This document shows positions 50,073 to 59,773 of a stretch of DNA of 64,000 nucleotides, piece by piece (within the stretch, counting starts at the first letter, position 1; each line of letters opens with the position of its first letter). Under the pieces are notes generated by a model. It was not told where the DNA came from, did no database searches, and saw nothing but the letters and a program-made list of their open reading frames with translations. The stretch spans positions 288,001-352,000 of the forward strand of contig CAVTUQ010000025.1 in assembly GCA_963737905.1 (NCBI GenBank). Direction: 5' to 3'. The translations under genes and the position numbers were made by a program. The stretch comes from an uncultured delta proteobacterium. Its GTDB lineage: Bacteria > Desulfobacterota > Binatia > UBA9968.

Positions 50073-51809
50073 GTGCCTCATGACGTTCCTCTGATCACCA
50101 CGATAGCTGCCGCTTTGGGACTCGCGTTGATTATGGGCTTTATCGCCGCGCGCCTTAGGCTGCCGGCTCTGGTCGGCTATCTCATCGCCGGCATCATCAT
50201 TGGCCCCGCCACACCGGGGTTTGTCGCCGACATCGAGCTTTCGAACCAGCTCGCCGAAATCGGCGTGATGCTTTTAATGTTCGGCGTCGGCCTGCACTTC
50301 TCTCTCGACGACCTCTTGGCGGTGCGCCGGATTGCCTTACCCGGCGCCATCGTTCAGATTGCCGTCGCCACTATGCTTGGCATGGCTGTCACCGCTCTTT
50401 GGGGGTGGAGCCTCGCAGCCGGCATCGTCTTCGGTCTCGCGCTTTCCGTAGCGAGCACGGTGGTGCTCCTAAGGGCGCTGGAAAGTCGGGGCGTTCTCGA
50501 ATCTGTTAACGGGCGCATCGCGGTGGGCTGGCTCGTGGTGGAGGATCTCGTGATGGTCCTCGTGCTGGTATTGCTGCCGCCGTTTTCATTATGGCTCGGT
50601 GGCGACTCAGGGATTCACGCTAAAGGAACAGGAGATCAAAGTTTACTGGCAACGCTCGTCCTTACCGTCGGTCGAGTCTCGGTCTTTATTGCGCTCATGC
50701 TCGTTATCGGCCGGCGGCTTTTCCCATGGCTGCTCTGGCAGATCGCCCGCACCGGCTCGCGGGAACTTTTTACTCTGTGCGTCATTGCGGCCGCGGTGGG
50801 CATCGCTTACGCCTCCGCCGAGCTTTTCGGCGTTTCCTTCGCTCTAGGCGCTTTTTTCGCCGGCATGGTGATGCGGGAATCTCCGCTAAGCTATCGGGCT
50901 GCTGAAGAATCTCTGCCGCTGCGGGATGCGTTTTCCGTTCTGTTCTTTGTATCTGTGGGTATGCTGTTCGATCCCCACGTTCTGATTAGCGAGCCGGCCC
51001 ATGTAATCGTCGTCCTGGCGATTATCGTACTCGGCAAGTCGCTGGCTGCTTTCCTCCTCGTCCTTTTGTTCCGCTACCCGCTCAACACAGCGCTCACGGT
51101 ATCGGCCAGCCTGGCGCAAATCGGCGAGTTTTCTTTCATCCTGGCCAATTTGGGGGCTTCCCTGGGGCTGATGCCAACGGAAGGTCAAAGCCTCATTCTG
51201 GCCGGGGCAATCATATCGATCGCGCTCAATCCGCTGGTTTTTCGCGCCATCGAGCCTGCACAAGCCTGGATTCGAGCCCGCTCGAAACTTGCAGAAACCT
51301 TGGAACGACCGGACGATCCTCTCGCGGTTCTGCCGATGACCGTCGAACTGAATCGCCTCACCGGCCACGTCGTGTTGGTAGGTTATGGCCGCGTCGGCCG
51401 GCGCATCGGGGAAGCACTGGCTGGCAACGGCATATCCTTTGTCGTGGCCGAGGAGAATCGTGAGATCGTCGAGAAATTGCGCGAGAGCGGCATACCCGCC
51501 GTTTCCGGCGACGCCTCTGAACCAACGGTCTTGATTCAGGCACATGTCCATCGTGCACGTATGCTGGTGATCGCCACGCCGGATACGCTGGATGTGCGGC
51601 GCATGATCGAAATTGCGCGCACGGTCAACCCGCGCATCGAGACCGTGGTGCGTACCCACAGCGAGGAAGAGGCGGTGCTTCTCGAAAAAGAAAATGCCGG
51701 CAAAGTTTTCCTGGGTGAACAGGAGCTGGCGCTCAGTATGATCCGACACGTGCTCGACTTCTACGCCGCCGGAGTTGACGGCGTCACTACCGACGCCGGC
51801 AACCCCTAA
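50073..51809 (+). CDS. ybaL: YbaL-like CPA2 K+ transporter
   Basis: MPH...LITTIA, GWLVVEDL, PLRDAFSVLFFVSVG, VGYGRVG. Confidence 0.85.
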   Translation: MPHDVPLITTIAAALGLALIMGFIAARLRLPALVGYLIAGIIIGPATPGFVADIELSNQLAEIGVMLLMFGVGLHFSLDDLLAVRRIALPGAIVQIAVATMLGMAVTALWGWSLAAGIVFGLALSVASTVVLLRALESRGVLESVNGRIAVGWLVVEDLVMVLVLVLLPPFSLWLGGDSGIHAKGTGDQSLLATLVLTVGRVSVFIALMLVIGRRLFPWLLWQIARTGSRELFTLCVIAAAVGIAYASAELFGVSFALGAFFAGMVMRESPLSYRAAEESLPLRDAFSVLFFVSVGMLFDPHVLISEPAHVIVVLAIIVLGKSLAAFLLVLLFRYPLNTALTVSASLAQIGEFSFILANLGASLGLMPTEGQSLILAGAIISIALNPLVFRAIEPAQAWIRARSKLAETLERPDDPLAVLPMTVELNRLTGHVVLVGYGRVGRRIGEALAGNGISFVVAEENREIVEKLRESGIPAVSGDASEPTVLIQAHVHRARMLVIATPDTLDVRRMIEIARTVNPRIETVVRTHSEEEAVLLEKENAGKVFLGEQELALSMIRHVLDFYAAGVDGVTTDAGNP

Positions 51810-51884
51810 ATTTCTATGCGAAACTTTGAGAGCAGGCGAGTATAGGACAGCTAACCAAAATCGTAGCCGCGATGGGTGTTCTCA

Positions 51885-51913
51885 TTGACACCGTTCCACA
51901 GAAAGCATAAGTT
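51885..51913 (+). promoter_or_regulatory. Putative sigma70 promoter
   Basis: TTGACA-17 nt-TAAGTT upstream of the dipeptidase. Confidence 0.55.
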
Positions 51914-51982
51914 TTTCAGCGATGTAGACCCGCCGCACGCGTAATGTTGCCGGTGCGGGTTCTTGCAACGAATGAACTTCCA

Positions 51983-53305
51983 ATGTCACGTCATGCTTTA
52001 TTCGCTTTGTTTTTCTTTGTGATCCTTATGGCGGCCACTCGACCTGATGCATCGTCCTATGCGCAGTCTTCCGAAGACGCGCTGATAAAAAAAGCTCGGG
52101 CGATCCACGAAAAAGTGATCACCATCGACACTCACATCGATTTCCTCCCGGTGGATCTCGTCGGGGAGCGCAATTACACGGAGCGGCTCGATACGCAGTT
52201 CAACCTGCCCAATATGATCGACGGCGGCCTGGACGCACTCTTCTTCAGCATTTATGTCCGCCAGACGAGAGAAGCGCAGAGTCCGGATGCGTTCAAACCC
52301 GCGGGCTACGAGCGCTCCTACAAGCTCGCCGTCGAAAAATTTGACGCGGTCCATCGTTTTACTCGCGAGATCGCACCAGACAAGATCGAGCTGGCCCTCA
52401 ATGCCGCCGACGTGCGCCGGATCAACACGCAAGGAAAGAAAGTCGCTCTGATAGGCGTCGAGAACGGCTATCCCATCGGCGAAGACATCTCTCGGGTTAA
52501 GGAATTCTACGATCGCGGTGCGCGTTACCTATCGCTCACCCACAACGGTCACAATCAGCTCGCCGACTCGCAAACCGGCGAGCACGACGGCTGGAAATGG
52601 AACGGGCTCTCGCCTCTCGGCAAACAAGTCATCGCCGAGATGAATCGGCTCGGCATAATGGTCGATGTTGCGCACGCGTCCAAGGAGTCGATGATGCAAG
52701 CCGCGGCGCTGTCCAAAGCACCCATCATCGCCTCTCACTCGGCCCCCCGCGCGCTCTGCGACGTAAGCCGCAACATGGACGACGAGCAGCTTAAGGCGCT
52801 CAAGAAAACCGGAGGCGTCATTCAGGTCTTCGCCTATAGCAGTTCGGTCAAGACAACGAGACCTGATTCTTCCGACCGCGCGGCGGCTCTGGTTGCTTTG
52901 AGAAAGGAGTTCGGCCTACCTGAACAAACGGGTCCGAGTCAACGGGCGCGCTTCCAAGCCGCGTTGAAGCGCCTTTCTGCCGATCACCGCGCAGAGTACG
53001 ACAAGAAGCACGGCGAGGTCGACAAGCAGCACCCGGGTGATTCGCCCGCCACGATCAAGGACTTCGTCGACCATATTGATTATACCGTGAAGCTCATCGG
53101 CATCGACCACGTAGGCATCTCCTCCGACTTCGACGGCGGCGGCGGCGTTATCGGCTGGAACGACGCCAGCGAAACCTTCAACGTGACTCTGGAGCTTGTC
53201 CGCCGCGGCTACACCGAACAGCAAATAGAAAAACTCTGGGGCGGCAACCTGCTGCGGGTTATGAACGAAGTGCAGCGGGTCGCGACGGAGCTGCAAAAAA
53301 ATTGA
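51983..53305 (+). CDS. M19 membrane dipeptidase family, secreted
   Basis: DTHID, GVENG, LTHNG, DVAH, ASHS, SDFDGG. Confidence 0.92.
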   Translation: MSRHALFALFFFVILMAATRPDASSYAQSSEDALIKKARAIHEKVITIDTHIDFLPVDLVGERNYTERLDTQFNLPNMIDGGLDALFFSIYVRQTREAQSPDAFKPAGYERSYKLAVEKFDAVHRFTREIAPDKIELALNAADVRRINTQGKKVALIGVENGYPIGEDISRVKEFYDRGARYLSLTHNGHNQLADSQTGEHDGWKWNGLSPLGKQVIAEMNRLGIMVDVAHASKESMMQAAALSKAPIIASHSAPRALCDVSRNMDDEQLKALKKTGGVIQVFAYSSSVKTTRPDSSDRAAALVALRKEFGLPEQTGPSQRARFQAALKRLSADHRAEYDKKHGEVDKQHPGDSPATIKDFVDHIDYTVKLIGIDHVGISSDFDGGGGVIGWNDASETFNVTLELVRRGYTEQQIEKLWGGNLLRVMNEVQRVATELQKN

Positions 53306-53418
53306 ACAGCAGGATACTGGGGCCGACCGAAACCGCAGCCTTCCGCCGCAGCAACTCATAGGCCTACAAAGGTTACGCCCGTATTCGAAAGGCCGTCATC
53401 AGACAAACGAAGTCGTGT

Positions 53419-53979
53419 ATGAACGACTTGATCAAGAAACTGACAGCGGAACAGGCTCTCGAAGTCGTCAAGCGGCTGAGCGAGAAAGGAGGTAAGATTC
53501 GAGAAGCCGTGGTCACCGAAGCAAGAAACCTTGTGATGGCGATCGATGTGGATGAAACAGCCGATGAAGTTTTCCGTATTCTAGATTCGATAGACGTACA
53601 AGATTGTTGGGAGCGGTCAGGCAGGTCCCGTCATGGCTACACCGAACCTAGTGAAGCGGCGGTCGAACTCGTGGAGGAAGAACTTCAACCGTTTCACGAC
53701 CAAGCCAAAACATACCGAGAGTTGGGTATGTCCGAGCAAGAAACGACTTACTGCATGGGAGTGATTCTAGGAATCTACCGCTACGAGCATGAGTCCAAAT
53801 CAGAATTTAGGGAGTGGTGCGTGGACGTTCCTCTTGAATGCGCGGGCTACCTGCTAGATCTATGGCGGAAACGAAACAAACGTACGGCTGTCGCCCGGGC
53901 GATGGATAAGTTCATTCAAAACCGTTGTCCGAAATGGGCCAAGTACTTGATTCCCAAACGAGCCGCTGGTGGTTCATGA
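53419..53979 (+). CDS. Hypothetical protein
   Basis: 186-aa ORF, cassette-like composition; no recognised motif. Confidence 0.6.
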   Translation: MNDLIKKLTAEQALEVVKRLSEKGGKIREAVVTEARNLVMAIDVDETADEVFRILDSIDVQDCWERSGRSRHGYTEPSEAAVELVEEELQPFHDQAKTYRELGMSEQETTYCMGVILGIYRYEHESKSEFREWCVDVPLECAGYLLDLWRKRNKRTAVARAMDKFIQNRCPKWAKYLIPKRAAGGS

Positions 53980-54140
53980 CCGTTCCTACACCCAACTGAT
54001 CAAAGCTACCTTTCAACCTCATTTTCTACCTTGTCACTCCTGGTATCGCATGGACCGCTGCCGCCACAAGGCACTCCTACTCAAGTTTGTGCGCGAGCGA
54101 CGCCCCGGCGCCGGATCGAGCGCTATTCACCGCGCGGTTG

Positions 54141-54289
54141 ACTTTTGCGACTCATCTCCTCGAAGACGGCTACGACATCCGAACCGTCCAGGAATTATTA
54201 GGGCATAAAGACGTTTCGACTACGATTTTTACACTCATGTGTTAAATCGTGGCGGCAAGGGTGTTTTCAGTCCCGCTGATCGGCTTTAA
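54141..54289 (+). pseudogene. intI: Integron integrase C-terminal remnant
   Basis: [28 protein letters not shown] / [19 protein letters not shown] (1-nt frameshift); characteristic IntI C-terminus; N-terminal part absent. Confidence 0.88.
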
Positions 54290-54400
54290 TAACACCCTTG
54301 TTGCATGTGAGGGCGGTTCTTTCTTTGAGAAAGGTCATGAAAAAAAAGTCTATGGGAGAGGATTTGGTAACCGCTGCCGTGCTACACCGCGGGCTGATAT

Positions 54401-54553
54401 CTGGATACCCCGCCCCCGGCGCAGCGTTTGTCGGGAAAAGAGATTGACAAGGCAGCGCTTGTTGGCGGATATTGCAGCTGTTTTTGCTCTTACTCGATTG
54501 CGGATTCCTGGATACCCCGTCGGAAGAGCCGGCAGTTCACTTAATAGTTGAAC
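54401..54553 (+). promoter_or_regulatory. Putative Pc promoter and attI
   Basis: 12-bp direct repeat CTGGATACCCCG (54401, 54508), TTGACA(54444)-18 nt-GATATT, core GTTGAAC at 54547-54553. Confidence 0.55.
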
Positions 54554-54689
54554 TAAACCGCTTCGCGGTGGCACTGGTTATGTAAGGTCGGTGCCACTCA
54601 CTCTACCTTTGTTTTTCATTGATCTTGCTAGCTGATTGTTTTTCTCTGAACTAGCGTAGTTCCCAAAATTAATCCAAGGAGGATTTTTT

Positions 54690-55538
54690 ATGGGAGCACT
54701 ACGAGAAAAGATGGTTGGGGAGATGAAACTGCGCAACTTCGCGTCCAGGACACAGAAGTCTTACCTTGCCGTGATGGTGGGGTTGGCCAAGCACTATCGT
54801 CAGTTTCCGGATCAACTGACGCAGGAGCAGATCCGCACCTACCTGTTGCATTTGCAGGAGCGGGGGCTGTCGAGCAGTTCGCAGAACGTGGCCATCTCGG
54901 GGCTACGGTTTTTCTATCAGCAGGTTTTGGGGTGGACCCAGGAGCAGATATTCTTGCCACCGAGAAAACGCACCTGGCGATTGCCGGAGGTGTTAAGTCC
55001 CAGGGAAGTGGAGCGATTGCTAGCTGCCGCAGTCAAGCTTCGCGATCGCTGTTTGCTAATGACGGCCTACTCGGCAGGGCTTCGGGTCAGCGAGCTGGTC
55101 CACCTCAAACTGAGCGATATCCATACCGAGCGGATGATGATCCGCGTAGAACAGGGCAAAGGGAAAAAAGACCGTTACACCATTCTCTCCCAACGGCTGC
55201 TCGGTGAGCTGAAGAGATACAAGCAGACTTATCAACCGGTTTCGTGGGTCTTCTTTGGCAAGAACAGAAATTGCCCTTTGGATATCACTGCAGTCCAGAA
55301 AGTCTACAATCGAGCCAAGCAGAAAAGTGGCGTTGAAAAAGGCAAGGGCATTCATACATTGCGCCATTGTTTCGCAACCCATCTTCTTGAGGGCGGAGTG
55401 GACCTGTGCACGATCAAGACGCTGTTGGGGCATAACTCGCTTCAGAGTACCCAGCGCTACCTGCAGATTCGCCAGCCCAAGTTGAGCTCGACCACGAGTC
55501 CGTTAGACTTGCTCGATCTGCGTGACCCCCCGCTTTAG
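54690..55538 (+). CDS. Tyrosine recombinase with N-terminal SAM-like domain
   Basis: GLRVSE, GKGKK, HTLRH, LGH, Y: full R-K-H-R-H-Y set; no IntI-type insertion. Confidence 0.95.
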   Translation: MGALREKMVGEMKLRNFASRTQKSYLAVMVGLAKHYRQFPDQLTQEQIRTYLLHLQERGLSSSSQNVAISGLRFFYQQVLGWTQEQIFLPPRKRTWRLPEVLSPREVERLLAAAVKLRDRCLLMTAYSAGLRVSELVHLKLSDIHTERMMIRVEQGKGKKDRYTILSQRLLGELKRYKQTYQPVSWVFFGKNRNCPLDITAVQKVYNRAKQKSGVEKGKGIHTLRHCFATHLLEGGVDLCTIKTLLGHNSLQSTQRYLQIRQPKLSSTTSPLDLLDLRDPPL

Positions 55539-55550
55539 TCGGGCACGATC

Positions 55551-56726
55551 ATGCTGCTTGCCCGTCCAGGGCTGGTGGCAGGAGAGAGAAGCGGGGGCCC
55601 CGAACTGGCCGATATCTTTCGTAGTCACGGGCAGAGCTACCAACGAACGCATCGCCTATCGGCCTCTGAGCAAAAAGTGATGCGGGCCGTTGAGGTCTGT
55701 CGCACGGCTGAATTGGGAGGGCATCTCAAGCAGTGCGACACTTGCGGCTTTGAGCACCCGACTTATAACTCCTGCCGTAACCGCCACTGTCCTAAATGCC
55801 AGTCGCTGGCCAAAGCCAAGTGGTTGGAGAAGCAGACCTCTGAGCTTTTGCCGGTGGGCTATTTTCATCTGGTCTTTACCTTGCCGCACCTTCTCAACGG
55901 CTTGATCCTGGCCAACAAAAAGATCCTGCTAAGCCTGCTGTTTAAAGCCGTCAGTGAAACGTTACTAGAGTTTGGCCAGACACGTCTTAAGGGAACCCTC
56001 GGAATCATCGCCGTGCTACACACCTGGGACCAAACGCTCAAGGATCATTTTCATCTGCACTGTTTGGTTCCCGCCGGCGCTCTGTCTTCGAATCACAGCC
56101 GTTGGATTGGAGCACGGCCAAACTTTCTGTTTCCTGTCACCGCTCTGAGCCAGGTGTTTCAGGGAAAGTTCCTGGCTCTCTTACAACAGGCCTGTGATAA
56201 AGGAAAAATCCCGCCGGCCAACAACGAGATCAAAGCATCACGGCAAAAGAGCTGGGTGGTCTACGCCAAAAAGCCGTTCGGTTCTCCACAGACCGTGCTC
56301 GATTACCTCGGCCGCTATACCCACCGCGTGGCGCTGTCCAACGAGCGCATCCTTTCGGTCCAAAACGGTCAGGTCACCCTGAGTTATAGAGATCGAAAGG
56401 ATGGCAACAGAAAAATGACCATCCCCCTTGACGCCCAGGAGTTCATCCGCCGCTTCCTGCTTCACGTCTTGCCCGATGGCTTCATGCGCATCCGTCACTT
56501 CGGGTTTTTAGCCAACCGCTCTAAAAAACAGGCCTTGGCTCAGTGTCGCAGACTGCTAAAAATTGAGGCCGCGTTGCCGGAAACCCCGAAGGAGTCAGCT
56601 AAAGATTTGTTGCTGAGAATCACCGGCATCGATCTGAGTCGCTGCCCTTCCTGCCATCGGGGAACCATGATCGTCGTCGCTGAGCTGCCGCCGATTTCAA
56701 GCCCGTCTCAATGGGATTCTTCATGA
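55551..56726 (+). CDS. IS91 family (Y2 HUH) transposase with Zn-binding domain
   Basis: C..CG...YNSCRNRHCPKC, HLVFTLP, HTW...HFHLH, YLGRY, EFIRRFLLHVLP.GF.RIRHFG. Confidence 0.96.
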   Translation: MLLARPGLVAGERSGGPELADIFRSHGQSYQRTHRLSASEQKVMRAVEVCRTAELGGHLKQCDTCGFEHPTYNSCRNRHCPKCQSLAKAKWLEKQTSELLPVGYFHLVFTLPHLLNGLILANKKILLSLLFKAVSETLLEFGQTRLKGTLGIIAVLHTWDQTLKDHFHLHCLVPAGALSSNHSRWIGARPNFLFPVTALSQVFQGKFLALLQQACDKGKIPPANNEIKASRQKSWVVYAKKPFGSPQTVLDYLGRYTHRVALSNERILSVQNGQVTLSYRDRKDGNRKMTIPLDAQEFIRRFLLHVLPDGFMRIRHFGFLANRSKKQALAQCRRLLKIEAALPETPKESAKDLLLRITGIDLSRCPSCHRGTMIVVAELPPISSPSQWDSS

Positions 56727-57087
56727 GAAAAACTCAAATGCTGATAAGCCCTTTTTACTGTTTACAGGCCGTCGTCGCACAGGTGTGTCTGCTGATACCC
56801 AAAAGTTGCTCCCATGCCCCATTGCACCGTAGCCATCAAACAAAATCTACCGACCTCGATCTCAACCTTCTCCTGCTTCTCGATCTATCGCTCACACAGC
56901 ACCACCCTCGGCACCGCTGTGCCACTTTACAATCCGCATAGCCGCAACCTCCGTGCGGCTCCGCGCTTTAGTCCAACACGTTTTATCCCCCCGTGGCGCT
57001 TGCCAGAATATTTTGGAGCTTGATTGCCTCCAGGCTTTGGGGATAAAACGCTATACGTTAGGCAAGCCAAGGCAAGCCCAGTATGCG

Positions 57088-57663
57088 ATGACGACCTATC
57101 AACCCTACTCGGACTTTACTGCGCAGAGCCGGACGGTTTCGGCGCTCATGTCGATGTACGCGCAGCTTAAGCGTGGTACGTCGTCGACGACCGAACTCAC
57201 ACCCATTGTTGTATTTCTTGCGTTCTCAATCGAGTCGTACCTTAACTCAATTGGAGCACGAAAGCTCGCGATCTGGGACGAGTTGGAACGCCTTCCATGG
57301 AAAAACAAGATTGCAATACTCCACAAGACAGTCGGCAAATCGCCGGTGTGGGATAAAGATCCGTTGCAGTTCGCAATTGAGGTGTTTTCATTGAGAGATA
57401 AACTTGCTCATGGGAAACCCGAACGGGTGGTCGGTCTGAAATTTAGAACCCACGCAGAGGCGGCGCGGTATATCAATCGGCCAGAGTTGCACCCCGACTT
57501 GCAGCCACAGTGGTACAGGAAAATTACAAAGGACTGGGTGATGGATGCAAAGGAGCGTTTTAGACTCCTGATGATATACCTAAGTGGGATGTTCGATCTT
57601 CACGAGTCGGACCACTTGCTCACCTCCACTGGCGGCTTGCTTATCGACGATGAGAAAGATGCC
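57088..57663 (+). CDS. Cassette gene, HEPN-like protein (native stop lost at the intron junction)
   Basis: F..E.YLN and RDKLAH (Rx4H); cassette starts GTTAGGC; ORF reads through GCC into intron sequence to 57798. Confidence 0.6.
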
Positions 57664-59665
57664 AGGAACGCCGGTTACCCGGCGCCCCCCGTACAGACCC
57701 CGGCGTGCAGTTTTTCCGCACCGGGTTCCTCGGTCCTACTCGCTTCCGCGCAAGACCTAGCCATCAAGCAAACACTCTCCGTCGCGGCATCTCGGTGATA
57801 CACGGCTTGGCGATAGAGACACATTTAAGCACCCGCTCAAACTGCTCCCATGTGTAGCTTCGCCGCCAACTCCGACGGTTGAGCCACTTGAAGGCGCAGT
57901 TTATCGCCCACGCATAGAAGCGGTACAGCGAGTGCGAGTTGCCTCGCACACCATAGTAATTGTAATGACCGCGTAACCGAGCGTTTAACCGCTCGAAAAA
58001 TTCGCCTCCAGGCAAGTGTCGGTTGAGCTTGATCCATTCCTTGATCCTACGGCATGCAGCCTGCAATCTCTTGCGGGCCGTACGCCGCTTTACCCTCGGC
58101 ACGCCTTGCCGATCGAGCTTCCACTGAAACTCGAAGCCCAGAAAGGCAAAACGATGCTTCAGTCTCGGATGAAATCGACTGAAACGCAGGATGCGTGTCT
58201 TCTCCGAAGCCACCTCTAAGTTGAACTTCGCCAACCGCTTCGGTAGCACCCGATAAAACCGCTCTGCGTCTTCCCGATAGCGGAATGCCCACACCGCATC
58301 ATCAGCATAGCGACACATGATCGCCTCTCCCCGGCTCCGTGGCTTAACGACTTTCTCAAACCACAAGTCCAATGCGTAATGTAAGTACACATTGGCGAGC
58401 ACCGGGGAAACAATCCCGCCTTGAGGAGTGCCGGTATCTGGATGAATGACCTCTCCATCTGTCTCCAAAATGCCAGCCTTCAGCCATTTCCGAATCAGGT
58501 CAAGAAAGGCCTGGTCGTCGATGCGCAGACTCAGCATCTTCAGCAGCCAGTCATGGTCCATATGATCGAAAAAGCCTTTGACATCAGCCTCAACCACATA
58601 CCCATAGACTCCGTATTGCAGGTCGAAGGTGAGGTCTCTCACCCCATCCAACGCACTGCGCTCGGGCCGATAGCTATAACTGCAACTTAGGAACTCCTGC
58701 TCGTAAATCGCACTCAAAAGCTTCGCACAGGCCAACTGAACCAGCTTGTCTTCCAACGCCGCTATCCCTAACGGCCTCTCTTTACCATCCTCCTTCGCAA
58801 TGTATCTTCGCCTCACCAACTTCGCCCGATAGCGCTTCGCTCTCAGTCGCTCTACCAGCGCCTCGATGTTAGCCTTGAGATTTCTCTCATAAGCCGCCAC
58901 CGTGACCCCGTCCACACCCGCCGCGCATTCTGTTCAACTGCGGCCAGCACCACATCACGTACTCAACGTTCAAGTACCGGTAAAGATCCTGAAATCGGTG
59001 GCACTTGTTGGCTTTCGCCTTGTTTGCTATTTCCCGCAGGAAGGTTGGCTCGTGTTCTCCCGGCCCAACTCTGTCCGGCACGAGTTGCCTATGCAGGTTT
59101 CGTAGTTCCGTCAGGTCCTTCCCCATGTACGTGGCTTTCCCACGCTCCGAGTACTATGCCTGATAAGACCCCCTAAGCTTGCGGCGGGCTTTCCCTCTTA
59201 CAGTACTTCTCCGCCTACCTCGCGGCGTTCCACTCGGGCGCTCTAGGTTCCAGCATAGCTCCGTCTCCGGGTTTCCCCTTGTGTGCCTCATTAGCTGTAT
59301 ACCCTACTCCCTAGTTTTGCTCCGCTTGGAACCCATGGGGCCTCCCGGGTTCTCCTAGCGTATCTCTCCCTGCATGCCATGGCCTGTGGACTCCGGCGGA
59401 CCTCCACATCCTCGCCCTATCGGATGCTTCGTGTTGGCTTCGTGCACGTTAAAACACTCGCCGTCCGCAACAACCCTATCTCGAAGCTGTACCAGCTCTT
59501 CAGGACGCGCGGTCGTCCCTACGGCCTACAGGATTCTCTGTCTACGCTTCGCCTGTCTCGTTCGCCTTTCGGCTCCTCCACAGACGCAAGACTCGATACG
59601 GGCGGGTGGCTCACCCTTACCCGACGGGGACTCTCACCCCGTAAGATACGCCGAGCTTTGGCGGA
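57664..59665 (-). mobile_element. Group II intron (IIC-attC type) inserted antisense in an attC site
   Basis: Domain V GAACCCGGTGCGGAAAAACTGCACGCCGGGGTC and domain VI near 57665-57730; 5' region CGGCGTATCTTACGGGGTGAGAGTCCCCG next to TAAC of the attC at 59663. Boundaries approximate. Confidence 0.85.
57764..59126 (-). CDS. ltrA: Group II intron reverse transcriptase/maturase (frameshift near 58927; no En domain)
   Basis: AGVDG, RPLGI, GTPQGG, RYADD, FLGF, LRGHYNYYG; N-terminal part in another frame; true start uncertain. Confidence 0.9.
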
Positions 59666-59743
59666 TAACGATCGGGTTGAGTCCGATCGTCCGCCTACTC
59701 GCTTGCGCTCGCGAGCTGCGTCCGCTCACCCTCAGCGTTAGGC
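59663..59743 (+). other. attC site (remainder after intron insertion)
   Basis: GGATAAC..GGGTTGAG ... CTCACCC..GTTAGGC. Confidence 0.75.
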
Positions 59744-59773
59744 CACCCATATGACTACTGGTACGAGTCACTC

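Larger units (their letters stand above)
54548..57057 (+). mobile_element. Tyrosine recombinase + IS91-family transposase element occupying the first cassette position
   Basis: Left end GTTGAACTAAACCGC is complementary (13/15) to subterminal GCGCTTTAGTCCAAC (56963-56977); 12-bp stem CGTTTTATCCCC/GGGGATAAAACG; ends CTATAC|GTTAGGC. Confidence 0.85.

Noticed and set aside
53300-53380. attC upstream of the 53419 ORF
   Set aside because: ATTGAAC...GTTACGC lacks convincing internal complementarity.
54690-55538. Calling this recombinase the integron integrase
   Set aside because: It lacks the IntI-specific insertion and IntI C-terminus, and is coupled to the IS91 transposase; the true intI remnant is at 54141-54289.
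57764-59126. RT as retron, DGR or defence RT
   Set aside because: Domain V/VI RNA, maturase region and attC insertion identify a group II intron; no TR/VR pair or msr-msd seen.
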